Source: Eledone cirrhosa (lineage: Eukaryota). Taken from it: 64,000 bases of DNA. Made by a program: the position numbers and the translations under genes. The stretch lies in assembly GCA_964016885.1 (NCBI GenBank), contig OZ024752.1:6324001-6388000 (forward strand), read 5' to 3'. This document shows positions 26,265 to 38,228 of this stretch, piece after piece. The notes under the pieces are model-generated. The model searched no databases and was not told where the DNA came from. It saw nothing but the letters and a program-made list of their open reading frames with translations. Numbering within the stretch: position 1 is the first letter of the stretch; the number at the start of each line of letters is the position of its first letter.

Positions 26265-27039
26265 GTAAGTCTCTTATCTTTTTCTTAATAACAAATTGTG
26301 GTAAGTTATGGAGTATTTCTTAAAACCTTCCTTACTATATTCCTAACACACTACCTTCTAAATTTTCAAATTAGTTTTAAAATAATCAACAATTATTTTT
26401 CTAATTATTAGTAATGTTATTTATAATTATAATTATTAGTAATGTTATTTATACTATTTTTCATTAACCCAAACAGCAACAATTTGGAGTGTTTAGAAAT
26501 ACAACTAACCTTTTCATTATTTTAAGTTTCTTTTTTTTTTTTTACATAAAATTATGATAAAATGTTTTTAGATAAATATAAACACTTTGAAAGAAACAGT
26601 TTTGTTTTTGTAGAACCAGAAACGGTTTCAGGTGGTTTGCTACCAAAAAAGTTTTTTTTTTTTTTTTTTTTACCGATTTTTGTATTTAAACAAATAATAT
26701 TTTTATTCACAGTTGTATAAATAACTTTACAAATTGCTCACAATTCTTACAAAATGGAAATATAAACATAAACACTTATAACAAATACAATTAACTAATA
26801 CTAGGAACCTCACAAATATAACACCAAAATATATGACCAGAGCAAGAGAAACAAAAATGACCATAAGTTCACCATCAAATGAAATAATAGTAAATAATAA
26901 TAACAATAATGAAATTGGGTACAGTGCTCAGGTGCACTAGAACTAATCAAAGGTGCATGTATAGTACATAGAATAATGTTCAAATGTCAGGAAAATGAAC
27001 AGTGTACGAGTCAAATGTCACAATCATCTGTAACATCTC

Positions 27040-27490
27040 ATCTTAAGGGTCAACGGAATATTTTGAGGCAAGCCAACACGGTCACAGCATTACGAGGCTA
27101 AGGCGCTGAGACAACCAGGCACCCAGGCACTTAGATACATCCAGGTATTTCCGAATTTTATTCCGTTCGGCAACGGAAGCAGTGACCCTCTACATTTACC
27201 GCGGCACCCTTGATGTGGGAGGGAGCAAAAGAGCTACTGACTGTGGCGTCCCAGATGAGACACTTGCCTCATACCCAGGGACAATGGGTAAGGTCGTCTG
27301 GTCTCTCCCAATCACTTCTGGATCATCCAACCGGCTCCAGAACTGAGGGGCTATTTACCCGAACTAGGGCCCGTTTAACGATCAGGTTTAGTTTGGTGGT
27401 ATGGGCGAAACGACCATTATTCAGACGGCAGGACAAACCATGGAGGCCTTTGGAGACCCCCCCCCCCACAGATCCCGGGTCGAGGTTGCA
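27040..27490 (-). mobile_element. CRE-like (RLE) retrotransposon relic: zinc knuckle plus endonuclease
   Basis: Minus-strand GLHGLSCRLNNGRFAH..LNLIVKRAL...PSVLEPVG and RPDDLTHCPWV*GKCLIWDATV; contains stops and deletions. Confidence 0.7.
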
Positions 27491-27674
27491 GCCCATAGAA
27501 GGTTTCTCGGATATTTTTTTTAATGTTAGGGACCACAGTCCTATCATGAAAATTAATGTAATATGTAACATCTTGCTGAAGAACACAATGTGCCCTCTGG
27601 TCCACAAAATGAAAGTCTTTATTGCACAAACACATACAAACTATGCCTGGACTCATAAATTCTCTTATCTGATG

Positions 27675-27705
<31 letters not shown>

Positions 27706-28149
27706 ATGGGGGAGGGGGGTCAACATTGACTTCAATTCTGCTTATTTGTATATAATATGGACCTGATCGGCGGTACTGGTGCCGGGTTCATAACATCTAT
27801 GGGTGACCATATTACCAACAATATAATTCCCTGAACATATGAGAGTTGAAGGTAATATATATGATGTAGTAAATTGTTAACTAATAATTTCCAGTTGTTC
27901 TACAAATACATGTGACGTTATAACCACATTGAAACAGACGTAGAAATAAAGGAATCAATATAAGTTGGTAACCTTGATGTTTTCTAATATTGTATATTGA
28001 TGCTGTTTCCTGAACCGTCCTTAAGATATTTAATTGTCAATAAGTCATTTGTTTTAAACTCCTGGTGAACTAAGGACTATAATGTACATAGATCTTCTCT
28101 CAGTGAAGTACTACACTATAATCATATATATTTTTATTATATATATATA

Positions 28150-28408
28150 TAGTAATACTAATAAATCCAAAGAGGGCTCAATAAGGATAAATATATATCA
28201 AATATATAAGAACCCAAGAGCAAATATTTATTAAAATAAGAGATTAAAGTCTAAGCAAAGCATCGCTGCTTTCACCCTTAACGGGATCTTCAGCGATTCT
28301 TTGCTTAAACTTTAATCTGTTATTGTACGGCGTAAACAGGCTGCTCGTTTGTTTACAAACGAGCAAAGCGAACATTATAATAAATGAACGGTAAACTGAT
28401 ACGTGCAT
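28150..28408 (-). mobile_element. Fold-back element in (TA)n with a hammerhead-like core in its loop
   Basis: Arms 28241-28268 and 28291-28318. Minus strand reads gaatcg-CTGAAGA-tcccgttaagggt-GAAA-gcag-cgatgc, with aataaa downstream. Confidence 0.55.
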
Positions 28409-28948
28409 ATATATATGTGTGCCTGTATATATATATATATATAAATATATATATATACATGCTACTGTACGTCTGTATACATATGTGTATGTACGTATAC
28501 ATACATACTTACATTTAAGTAAGTGGCGTACTAAGAGTGAGAAATGAAATTTCGTTTCATTCTATTCCATTTATATATATATATAATATATATATATATA
28601 TATAAATCATTATCACCGTTTATCGGCCTTTTTCCATGCTTGTATGGTTTAGACGGGTTGTCCACACCATTAGACAAGTTTGGCCAGTTGGCCGCACTGT
28701 ATCTTGCTCAGATGGAACTGTAAATTTGAGTGGGACTTTTTACAGTGGGGAACTGGATGGCACTGTTATGAGGAAGGACAGGCCAGTTAGCCGCACCATA
28801 TCCCGGCCATGTCGGAACCATAATTTGGGAGCTGGATGTCCCACTATGGAGGAGGTTTTGAGCTAGTTGACCGCTCCAGGCCTTACTCATAAAGGAACCA
28901 TGTTACTGGGTGGCGATTATTCAAAAGCCAAGATATATATATATATAT

Positions 28949-29276
28949 GTAGGAGGTGAGTTTTATTGTAGCACAATAAAGCAATGCAAATATCGGATAA
29001 GTAGCACTCAACAGTTTATAGGACTGGAGTATAAATAATATAAAATCAAAAGATGGTTAAAAGAGTTCCATGTATTTTATTATGCGCATTTCAAAAAAAT
29101 TAAACATATATGTTGATTTAACACTTCACTGCTCGCAAGTGTTTTTTAAGCTTCATATCATGTCTCCCTATTTTATCTGATGAGAACGCAAATATCATCC
29201 CATGATGATATTTGTTTTTGAAATGCGCATAATAAAATACATGGAACTCTTTTAACCATCTTTTGATTTTATATTA
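28949..29276 (+). mobile_element. Penelope-like fold-back element with hammerhead ribozyme, inserted in (TA)n
   Basis: Perfect 61-bp inverted arms 29037-29097 and 29215-29275; TA runs on both sides. Confidence 0.7.
29169..29239 (+). ncRNA. Type I hammerhead ribozyme with an intact core
   Basis: Stem I tattttat/ataaaata; CTGATGA 29177-83; stem II gcaaatatcatc-ccat-gatgatatttgt; GAAA 29220-23; palindromic stem III tgcgca; AUA triplet with cleavage after 29231. Confidence 0.85.
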
Positions 29277-30164
29277 AATATATATATATATTTAAGTAAC
29301 AGCCGTACTAAGAGTGGGAAATGAAATTTAATTTCATTCTTTTCCGTTTATATATATATGGTGGCTGCCAACTCGTTTTCGAGTACGGCCACTACTTTAT
29401 ATCCATGTAGGAGAACCTTTACCGATGCGCTGAACGAATGTGACTTTTTAGTCCAGCCAGCGACTTGAAAACTCTGGTACAAACACTACACTTGTGACAA
29501 TTATTGACACATAGTGCTGGGCCCATGGTACCATGTGACGACAAGTGCAGAGGGATCTCCAGATATAAAGCATTGCTTGTGCCGTGAAGCTTTTATAGTG
29601 AGCAAAGGCACTGCACAAAGCCAGTCCCACTCTCTTAACCAAGATGATATTTACCAAAAAGAAGAACAACCTGTCTCATGGTCGGGTCGTTGGCGACTAA
29701 ACTGGCAACCCCACCAAGGTTTCTTGGTGAGGAGGGTGACTTTGGACATCCTGCAGGACTAAAAACAAAACCTGTCAAAGGGCAAAGGAGCTCTTAAGAG
29801 TCAATGGCCATCCAAAATCACCGGGAGAGATGACCCCTTAGCCTTTGTCAAGGCAGAATTCTAGGAGAAGGAAAACTCTGATATAACACCTGCAACTCTG
29901 ATGGTATCCAATGATGTTATATATATATATATATATATATATAAACTCAACCTCATATATATATATATCCTTCATAGTTGCACAAACAACATTACAAATC
30001 GTTTGCAATTCCTTCAGAATGAAAATATAAACAGAGCATATAAATACATTTACAGTAGAATAACATAACATAACAAATATATTTTAAATATATACATAAA
30101 TAACATTACAATTACCTCGGTAACACTACAAAGGATGATACAATGAAAGATATATTCTTTTAAT

Positions 30165-30735
30165 GTTACAATATTAAAGAAAATGTAAAGGAAGGGGTGA
30201 ACAACGGGGCCAACACCAGAGCAAAGGACAGCAACGTCGCGAGTACTGGGCAACCTCTCTAATGATTTTTGAGGCAAGCCAGCACACTCGCAGCGTTGCC
30301 TCGGGTGATGAGGCTGATACGCTGAAATAGCCAAACACTCTCGCGAGATTCGTCAGTCACCTCTATTAGGCGAGCTGCCAGTGAGGAAAGGAACCTCGCA
30401 GTCAGCGGCCCGACTCCCCCAAACGTCTCGAAAGCCACAGGCTGAAAAATGTAGCTGGCCGACAGATCAGAGTTTGAGGGTCTTGCTCTGCTCGGCTGTA
30501 GAAGCTGTGGCTCTCGTCCTAACCGCAGCATCCAGGATGTGGGAAAGAACAAAGGAGTCACTAACAGTGACGTCCCAGACAAGGCACCTGCCTCACGACC
30601 AGGGGCACAGGGTAAGACCGTCACTTCTGGACAACCCAGATGGTTCCAAGACAGGGGATATTCGCCCGGGCCAAAGCTCTCTTCAGAACGAGGTTTAGCT
30701 CCGTGTGACGCGCGAAGCGGCCGGCATTCAGGCCC
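30165..30735 (-). mobile_element. CRE-like (RLE) retrotransposon 3' relic
   Basis: Minus-strand DGLTLCPWS*GRCLVWDVTV and FQPVAFETFGGVG...WLFQRISLITRGNAASVLACL, the typical restriction-like endonuclease C-terminus. Confidence 0.75.
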
Positions 30736-30814
30736 ATATTACTTCCTAAAAACAAGGATGATGGATATTAATAAAGAGGAAAATGCGAAATTGAATATAT
30801 TAGGGTCCTTTATT

Positions 30815-31004
30815 GGTGAATTGGCAGTATCGGTAGAGGGTCGGACACCATGCTTTCTAGCATAGAGTTACGGCCCTTGCCATTCTGAGTTCAAATCCCG
30901 CCGAGGTTAACTTTGCCTTTCATCCTTACGGGGTCGATAAAATAAAGTACCAGTAATGTACTGGGTAATCGCTGGCCTTGTGCCAATAGTAGAAACAATT
31001 ATTA
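30815..31004 (+). mobile_element. tRNA-derived SINE, family A
   Basis: ttggcagtatcggtaga...gagttcaaatcccgccgaggttaactttgcctttcatcc...agtagaaacaattatt. Confidence 0.85.
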
Positions 31005-31016
31005 TATATATATATA

Positions 31017-31063
<47 letters not shown>

Positions 31064-32010
31064 GAAGTTAAAAACATTTGTTTGAAGATGTTGGCGCTAA
31101 GACTTTCTATCGTTCCTTGAAAACAAATTGTGTTGACCTTAATTAGGTTTAGGGGATTAGGGATTAGTGCAAATATTTAGCGGTAAATATCTTTATAACA
31201 TCTCTTATAAAGTTGTATACTTCACAACAGTAGATGTATAGTTCACAACACCAGTTGTATAGTTCACAACAGTTGTTGTGAGACATAAACACAGGGTTTA
31301 CAGGTACTTGAAGAGACAAAAATAGGGTTTACACTCGGGAAAGTACATTTCTTCACTCTCATACGTAAACATGGACCTATTGAAAGGCAACCCTTTAAGT
31401 GGCTTACTAGAAATAGCAACTATATATCCCTCAAATCACAGTTTTATAAAAAGAAGGGCATATTTATGCTGCTTGAAAATAGGGTTTACGTTCAGTAAAG
31501 TACATTTTAATGAACAGCCTCTACGTGGTTACTTGTCATGCTAGAAATAGCAACCATATACCCCTCAAATCACAGCCACATGTTTTATAAAAGGAAGGGC
31601 ATATTTATGCTGCTTGAAAATAGGGTCTACGTTCAGTAATGTTTATTTCAATGAACAGCTTCTAAGTGGTTGCTTGACTTGCTAGAAATAGCAGCCGAAT
31701 ATTTCTCAAATCTCACTCTGCTGCCTTATGAGGTTGAGTTTGTTGTGAATGGGAATGGTTTGGATCATAGTTCTGTTCAACTAGAGATTGCCTAGGGCTA
31801 AACAACAAAAAAAAAAACAGAGAGAGAAAGAGGAGGCCTGGACTTATTTGGAGTCCCCAGCACTTTGCAAGAAAATTAAAATGGAAATTAAAAGTAGGTC
31901 TATACATAGAGCAATGCTGAGATTCCAGGATCTGTACCCCCCTCCAAAACCGAGGCGATATACCCCCCCATACCCCCCCCCCCGAAACAAAACAAAAACA
32001 AACTATTTAA

Positions 32011-32174
32011 CCCCTTACCATTTACATTACTCTATATATACTATTGTATTTTCATGGTAAATACTTTACCTCACATAATATCAAATCTATGAGATTAGGA
32101 TATTATTTATTTTGAGAATAATACCTTAACATAAGCATGAGCAGCCAGATACAGCCGGTTTAAATGCTAAAGGG
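32011..32174. mobile_element. piggyBac-type MITE (internally deleted)
   Basis: TTAA|ccccttaccattta...taaatgctaaaggg|TTAA. Confidence 0.75.
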
Positions 32175-32339
32175 TTAATAACAATTTTGATATTCTAAAT
32201 TTTGACAACAATGTTGTATATATTTCTTAGCTATATTTTAATTACGGAAAATGATAGGTTATTGATCTTGTTTAATGATTTATAATTGTTTCACCATTAC
32301 TCCCGAGTATTCTAAATTATTCTAAACAATAACGTGTGC

Positions 32340-32558
32340 TGGACTGGTTGAATCAGTAGAGCGTCGGACAACATGCTTTGTGGCGTAGAGTTATGTCCCT
32401 TTGTGTTCAGAGTTCAAATCCTGCCGAGGTTAGCTTTGCCTTTCATCCTTAGTGGGGTTGGTAAAATAAAATACCAGTAATGCACTGGGGTTAATTTAAT
32501 TGACTTTCACTCCCCCCAAAATTGCTGGCCTTGTGCCTAAATCAGAAACAATTATTAT
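32340..32558 (+). mobile_element. tRNA-derived SINE, family A variant
   Basis: Same head, core and tail, with an extra gggttaatttaattgac...cccccaaaattg segment. Confidence 0.75.
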
Positions 32559-32784
32559 AAACAAAAAAAAAGCAACAAACTTTACTGCAGTCAATAAAAT
32601 GTTTATTTTTATCATTATAAAAGTTATAATGAAACTTCTTTTTATTGTTGAAGTATTGAAGTGTTTAGAAGTAGCAATTATGTTGTGTCAACTGCTGTTA
32701 ATGTTTGTCTACAGATTGTTGCTAAACATGCAGACTATATATAATTTTATTATAGATAGTGGTGTGCCCAGACATGTTATAGAG

Positions 32785-34639
32785 CAGGGGTGTGCAACAG
32801 GCAGCCTGCGGGCCACAATGTGGCCCACCAGACCAGTCAGAGTGGCCCGCGGTGACCGTCTTTAATGTTAACCTTGTAGGCTTATTTAGAATTTTTTTCG
32901 CAACCATAATACTTCTGTTAGTTGACCTATACTAAAGGGCTTCACTGATAGGGCCATGTGTGTTATAGTGTCCCAGTTGACCTATACTAAAGGGCTTCAC
33001 TGATAGGGTTATGTGTGTTATAATATCCCAGTTGACCTATACTAAAGGGCTTCAGTGATAGGGTTATGTGTGTTATAATATCCCAGTTGACCTATACTAA
33101 AGGGCTTCACTGATAGGGTTATGTGTGTTATAGTTTCCCAGTTGACCTATACTAAAGGGCTTCACTGATAGGGTTATGTGTGTTATAGTTTCCCAGTTGA
33201 CCTATACTAAAGGGCTTCACTGATAGGGTTATGTGTGTTATAATATCCCAGTTGACCTATACTAAAGGGCTTCAGTGATAGGGTTATGTGTGTTATAATA
33301 TCCCAGTTGACCTATACTAAAGGGCTTCACTGATAGGGTTATGTGTGTTATAGTTTCCCAGTTGACCTATACTAAAGGGCTTCACTGATAGGGTTATGTG
33401 TGTTATAGTTTCCCAGTTGACCTATACTAAAGGGCTTCACTGATAGGGTTATGTGTGTTATAATATCCCAGTTGACCTATACTAAAGGGCTTCACTGATA
33501 GGGTTATGTGTGTTATAGTTTCCCAGTTGACCTATACTAAAGGGCTTCAGTGATAGGGTTATGTGTGTTATAGTGTCCCAGTTGACCTATACTAAAGGGC
33601 TTCACTGATAGGGTTATGTGTGTTATAGTTTCCCAGTTGACCTATACTAAAGGGCTTCAGTGATAGGGTTATGTGTGTTATAGTGTCCTAGTTGACCTAT
33701 ACTAAAGGGCTTCACTGATAGGGTTATGTGTGTTATAGTTTCCCAGTTGACCTATACTAAAGGGCTTCACTGATAGGGTTATGTGTGTTATAGTTTCCCA
33801 GTTGACCTATACTAAAGGGCTTCAGTGATAGGGTTATGTGTGTTATAGTGTCCCAGTTGACCTATACTAAAGGGCTTCAGTGATAGGGTTATGTGTGTTA
33901 TAGTTTCCCAGTTGACCTATACTAAAGGGCTTCAGTGATAGGGTTATGTGTGTTATAGTGTCCCAGTTGACCTATACTAAAGGGCTTCAGTGATAGGGTT
34001 ATGTGTGTTATAGTTTCCCAGTTGACCTATACTAAAGGGCTTCAGTGATAGGGTTATGTGTGTTATAGTGTCCCAGTTGACCTATACTAAAGGGCTTCAC
34101 TGATAGGGTTATGTGTGTTATAGTTTCCCAGTTGACCTATACTAAAGGGCTTCACTGATAGGGTTATGTGTGTTATAGTTTCCCAGTTGACCTATACTAA
34201 AGGGCTTCACTGATAGGGTTATGTGTGTTATAGTTTCCCAGTTGACCTATACTAAAGGGCTTCACTGATAGGGTTATGTGTGTTATAGTTTCCCAGTTGA
34301 CCTATACTAAAGGGCTTCACTGATAGGGTTATGTGTGTTATAGTTTCCCAGTTGACCTATACTAAAGGGCTTCACTGATAGGGTTATGTGTGTTATAGTT
34401 TCCCAGTTGACCTATACTAAAGGGCTTCACTGATAGGGTTATGTGTGTTATAGTTTCCCAGTTGACCTATACTAAAGGGCTTCACTGATAGGGTTATGTG
34501 TGTTATAATTTCCCAGTTCCATGTTATGGAAAGAAGTTGTGGTGAATCTTTGGAATAGTGCTTAATAAATATTAATGGCTCTAATAGTTGTTCCAATGTT
34601 CAAAAGTGGCCCGTCAATGGAATATGTGGCACACCCCTG
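32785..34639. mobile_element. hAT (Charlie-like) MITE swollen by an internal minisatellite
   Basis: TIRs caggggtgtgcaaca / tgtggcacacccctg. 8-bp flanks ttatagag and ctatagaa match at 6/8 positions (imperfect TSD). Confidence 0.75.
32920..34518. repeat. 55-bp minisatellite (~29 units)
   Basis: Unit gttgacctatactaaagggcttcactgatagggttatgtgtgttatagtttccca. Confidence 0.97.
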
Positions 34640-35149
34640 CTATAGAAGGAATTGAACCCTGGATCACCTAGATAGCAGCTAGGTGATTCGAATCATTAAG
34701 TCACGGGATCATGACATCTCTTACCATCTTTTGGCTTAATGGTTCAAAGTACCGAGCTGCTATCTCGGAGATCTGGGGTTCAAATGCTTGTAGTGACCAA
34801 TGGCAACTTCTTTTTCCGTCTTTGCAGGTCTTCACCCTATTTTATAAGCTATCTTATAGCGCACCATTCTCTAGATTAACTTTATCCCCTCAGCACTTCG
34901 TAAAAGTCCAAGAGATGGGCAACATATAAGTTTAGATTATATATAGTTGTAATGAAGGTATTGAAAAGAATTTTAGAGAAGAGAATAAGGGGGAAAGAGA
35001 AGCTTGAAGGAATGCAGTTTAGATTTGTACCAATAGATTTGAGGAAGAAATGCCAGTCAATTTTTATTGAGGGAGTCACTGGAGAGGTTCAGGGACAAGG
35101 GGAATAATTTAGTTTTTGAGTTTGTTGATCTGGAGGAAAATGTGTTTAA

Positions 35150-35905
35150 CCCTTTAACATTTAAACTGGCTGTATCTGGTCAGAATTTTCTCACCTCTTT
35201 CTCTTCAAACTGGCTGAAACTGGCCACTCATACTAACGTTACAGTATTGTTCTCAAAATAAATAACATCAAAATATTGTAGATTCCATATTATGTGGAAT
35301 AATTATGTAAGATAAAGTCTTTACCATGAAAATACAATAGTATATAGAGAGTAATGTAAATGTTATGTGAGATATTATGTGAGATAAAGTCTTTACCAGG
35401 AAAATACAATAGTATATATAGAGTAATATAAATGTTATGTGAGATAAAGTCTTTACCATGAAAATACAATAGTATCATCATCATCATTTTACGTCCGCTT
35501 TTTCCCTGCTTGCAAGGGTGGGACGGGAACTGATTCTAGCTTGATTTCTACAGCTGGATGCCCTTCCTAACACCTCATTTACAGTGTGTGCTGGGTGCTT
35601 TTTTGCCGTGCCCATGACCACTTTGGCAGTGGAATGATATGGACCCAGTCCCTATCATCTCATTTCTACAGCTGAGTAAACTGGAGCAATGTGAAATAAA
35701 GTGTCTTGCTCAAGGAAACAACACATCACCCAGTCTGAGAATTGAACTCACAACATTTCGATTGCAAGGCCAATGTTCTAACCACTAAACCATGTGCCTC
35801 CAGTATATATAGAGTAATGTAAATATTATGTGAGGTATTATGTGAGGTAAAGCCTTTACTGTGAAAATACAATAGTATATATAGAGTAATGTAAATATTA
35901 AAGGG
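35150..35905. mobile_element. piggyBac-type MITE with amplified subterminal repeat and a nested SINE
   Basis: TTAA|ccctttaacattta...taaatattaaaggg|TTAA. The unit ttatgtgagataaagtctttaccatgaaaatacaatagtatatatagagtaatgtaaatg is repeated. Confidence 0.75.
35475..35801 (-). mobile_element. tRNA-derived SINE (family B head) with RTE-LINE 3' tail
   Basis: Minus strand: ggaggcacatggtttagtggttag...gttcaattc head, then ggtgttaggaagggcatccagctgtagaaa and a (GAT)n tail. agtat is duplicated at the flanks; near-identical to 61212-61543. Confidence 0.85.
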
Positions 35906-35941
35906 TTAAAACATGAACCTGCTTTTATTGATATATTGAAG

Positions 35942-38228
35942 TTTCTACAACGTGAGGACCAAAAACGTGAGGTGTTCAGGATTGCCAGGCAATGTGTCAA
36001 GGAAAACCGTGATATTGTCGGGGAGAAGTGTGTACTTAACGATGATGGCATACTTGCCATCACCGACGCTGATAAGAAGGTAGCTTGGAAGTGTCACTAC
36101 GAAAGGCTTCTAAATGAGGAGAATAAATGGGAGAAAGACAGTCTCCCCCACATCGACCCAATAGAGGGACCAGCAGTGTTAGTCCAGGGTAGTACAATAA
36201 GCAAGGCAATCAAAGATATGAAGACGGGTAAGGTGGCTGGTCCTTCGGAAATAGTTGCTGAGATGCTGAAGGCATCTGGTTCGGTGGGACACACCATGGT
36301 CACCCGGATAGTTAACCAAGTCGTACAGAATGGGGTTGTTCCGAAGGACTGGCGTAGCAGCATCATCGTTAACTGCTATAAGGGAAAAGGAGATGCCCTA
36401 GATAGGAGTAACTATAGAGGCATTAAATTAATCGACCAGGTCATGAAGGTCATGGAAAAAGTAATAGCGCAACTAATCAGAGAGAGAATTGATCTAGATG
36501 AAATGCAGTTCGGGTTTGTGTCAGGCAAAAGTACCACAGACACTCTTTTCATTGTACGACAACTACAGGAGAAGTACCTAGCTAAAAGTAAACCCCTATA
36601 CTTAGCTTTCGTCGACTTGGAGAAAGCCTTCGACAGAGTCCCCCGTTCCATTATCTGGTGGTCTCTTAGAAAACTAGGTGTTGACGAATGGCTTGTGAGA
36701 GCTATACAAGCCATATATAAAGAAACAGTCAGTAAGGTTAGAATTCACAACGAATATAGTGAAGAGTTTAGCGTAAAAGTTGGTGTCCATCAGGGCTCTG
36801 TTCTTAGCCCCCTACTATTTATTATTGCCCTTCAGGCTATAACAGAGGAGTTCAAGACCGGCTGCTCATGGGAACTCCTATATGCAGATGATCTAACGCT
36901 CATATCTGAATCAATGACCGAACTAGAGAAGAAATTCCAAACATGGAAGCACGGCCTAGAATCAAAAGGCCTTAAAATTAACCTGGCTAAGACTAAAGTT
37001 CTAGTTTGTAGGAAAGAAAATAAGGCGGCGGTCCCTTCTGGGAAATGGCCATGCTCAGTGTGTAGGAAAGGCGTAGGTAGAAACTCCATTTTATGTCCCA
37101 AATGTAAAGTATGGGTGCATAAAACATGTAGTGGGATCACAGGTAAGCTAACTAAGAACATAGATTTTACATGTGGCCGGTGTTCTGGTGCAATAAGTAG
37201 CAGCAAATGCCCACAAAATACTAGCTCCTTCAACTGCGCAGAGGGTTCTATAGAAATAGGACAGCTTCCGTTACCTGGGTAACAAAATCAGCAGTGGGGG
37301 AGGGTGCTCTGAAAGTACAGTAGCTAGAGTCAGAACTGGATGGAAAAAGTTCAGAGAGCTTATACCACTATTAGCCGCTAGAGGGTTCTCCCTAAAAATG
37401 AAAGGCAGGTTATACGATGCCTGCATACGAACAGCAATGCTGCATGGCAGTGAGACCTGGGCATTGTGTGCAGAGGATATACGCAGACTAGAGAGGAACG
37501 AAGCTTGCATGCTACGCTGGATGTGCAATAGTAATATACGTGAACGGCAAAGCATAAACGAACTAAAGAAAAAATTAGAAATAAGAGGGATCAGATGTTG
37601 TTTACTCGAGAGAAGGCTACGTTGGTACGGTCACGTGATGCGCATGAAAGACGACAGCTGTATAACAAAGTGCAGGGCAATAAAGATAGACGGTAGCCAC
37701 GGAGTAGGCAGACCCAGAAAAACCTGGGACGACATGATAAATTCCGACCTCACACGCTTACACCTCTCCAAGACAATGTCACTGGACCGAGACCTTTGGC
37801 GGTACTCAGTAATAGAGAAGACCCGCCTTACCTAAATACAAAGTAAAAACCTACTACAGTCAGTAGGCATCTCTATCAAAACACACCCCGTCCCTCTACC
37901 CCATCCACACCGCCCCTGTCAATGTAAAGTTATGTTGGTCCCACAACATCCAGGCCGAAACAAATGAGATCGTGTAGGTGTCAGGACAAAAAAACACACA
38001 GTCCATGCTGTAAATGTGGCCGTGTAGGCAACACGGTAAAAACCTCCCAGCCCCACACTGTAAATGTGGTTGGTGTTAGGAAGGGTATCCAGCTGTAGAA
38101 AACCCGCCAGACAGTCCTATGCGAGCAAGACAACCACTCTTGCCTCAAGTGGGAAAACCCCCGTCCAAACCCATGCAAGCGTGGAACACGGACGCTAAAC
38201 CTGATGATGATGATGATGATGATGATGA
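35942..38228 (+). mobile_element. 5'-truncated RTE-clade LINE with one frameshift near 37260
   Basis: ORFs 35936..37282 and 37398..37835 contain NYRGIKL, QFGF, FVDLEKAFD, GVHQGSVLSP, LLYADD, a Cys/His finger insert, RRLRWYGHV and GRPRKTW; (GAT)n tail. It lacks 2 nt relative to the second copy (ataggacagc vs atagtggacagc). Confidence 0.95.

Noticed and set aside
27890-27950. gaaacagacgtagaaataaa, a possible decayed hammerhead 3' half
   Set aside because: No CTGANGA upstream of the putative stem II.
29360-29900. GC-richer segment resembling a LINE 5'UTR
   Set aside because: Probably TE-derived, but no ORF or second copy in the window to classify it.
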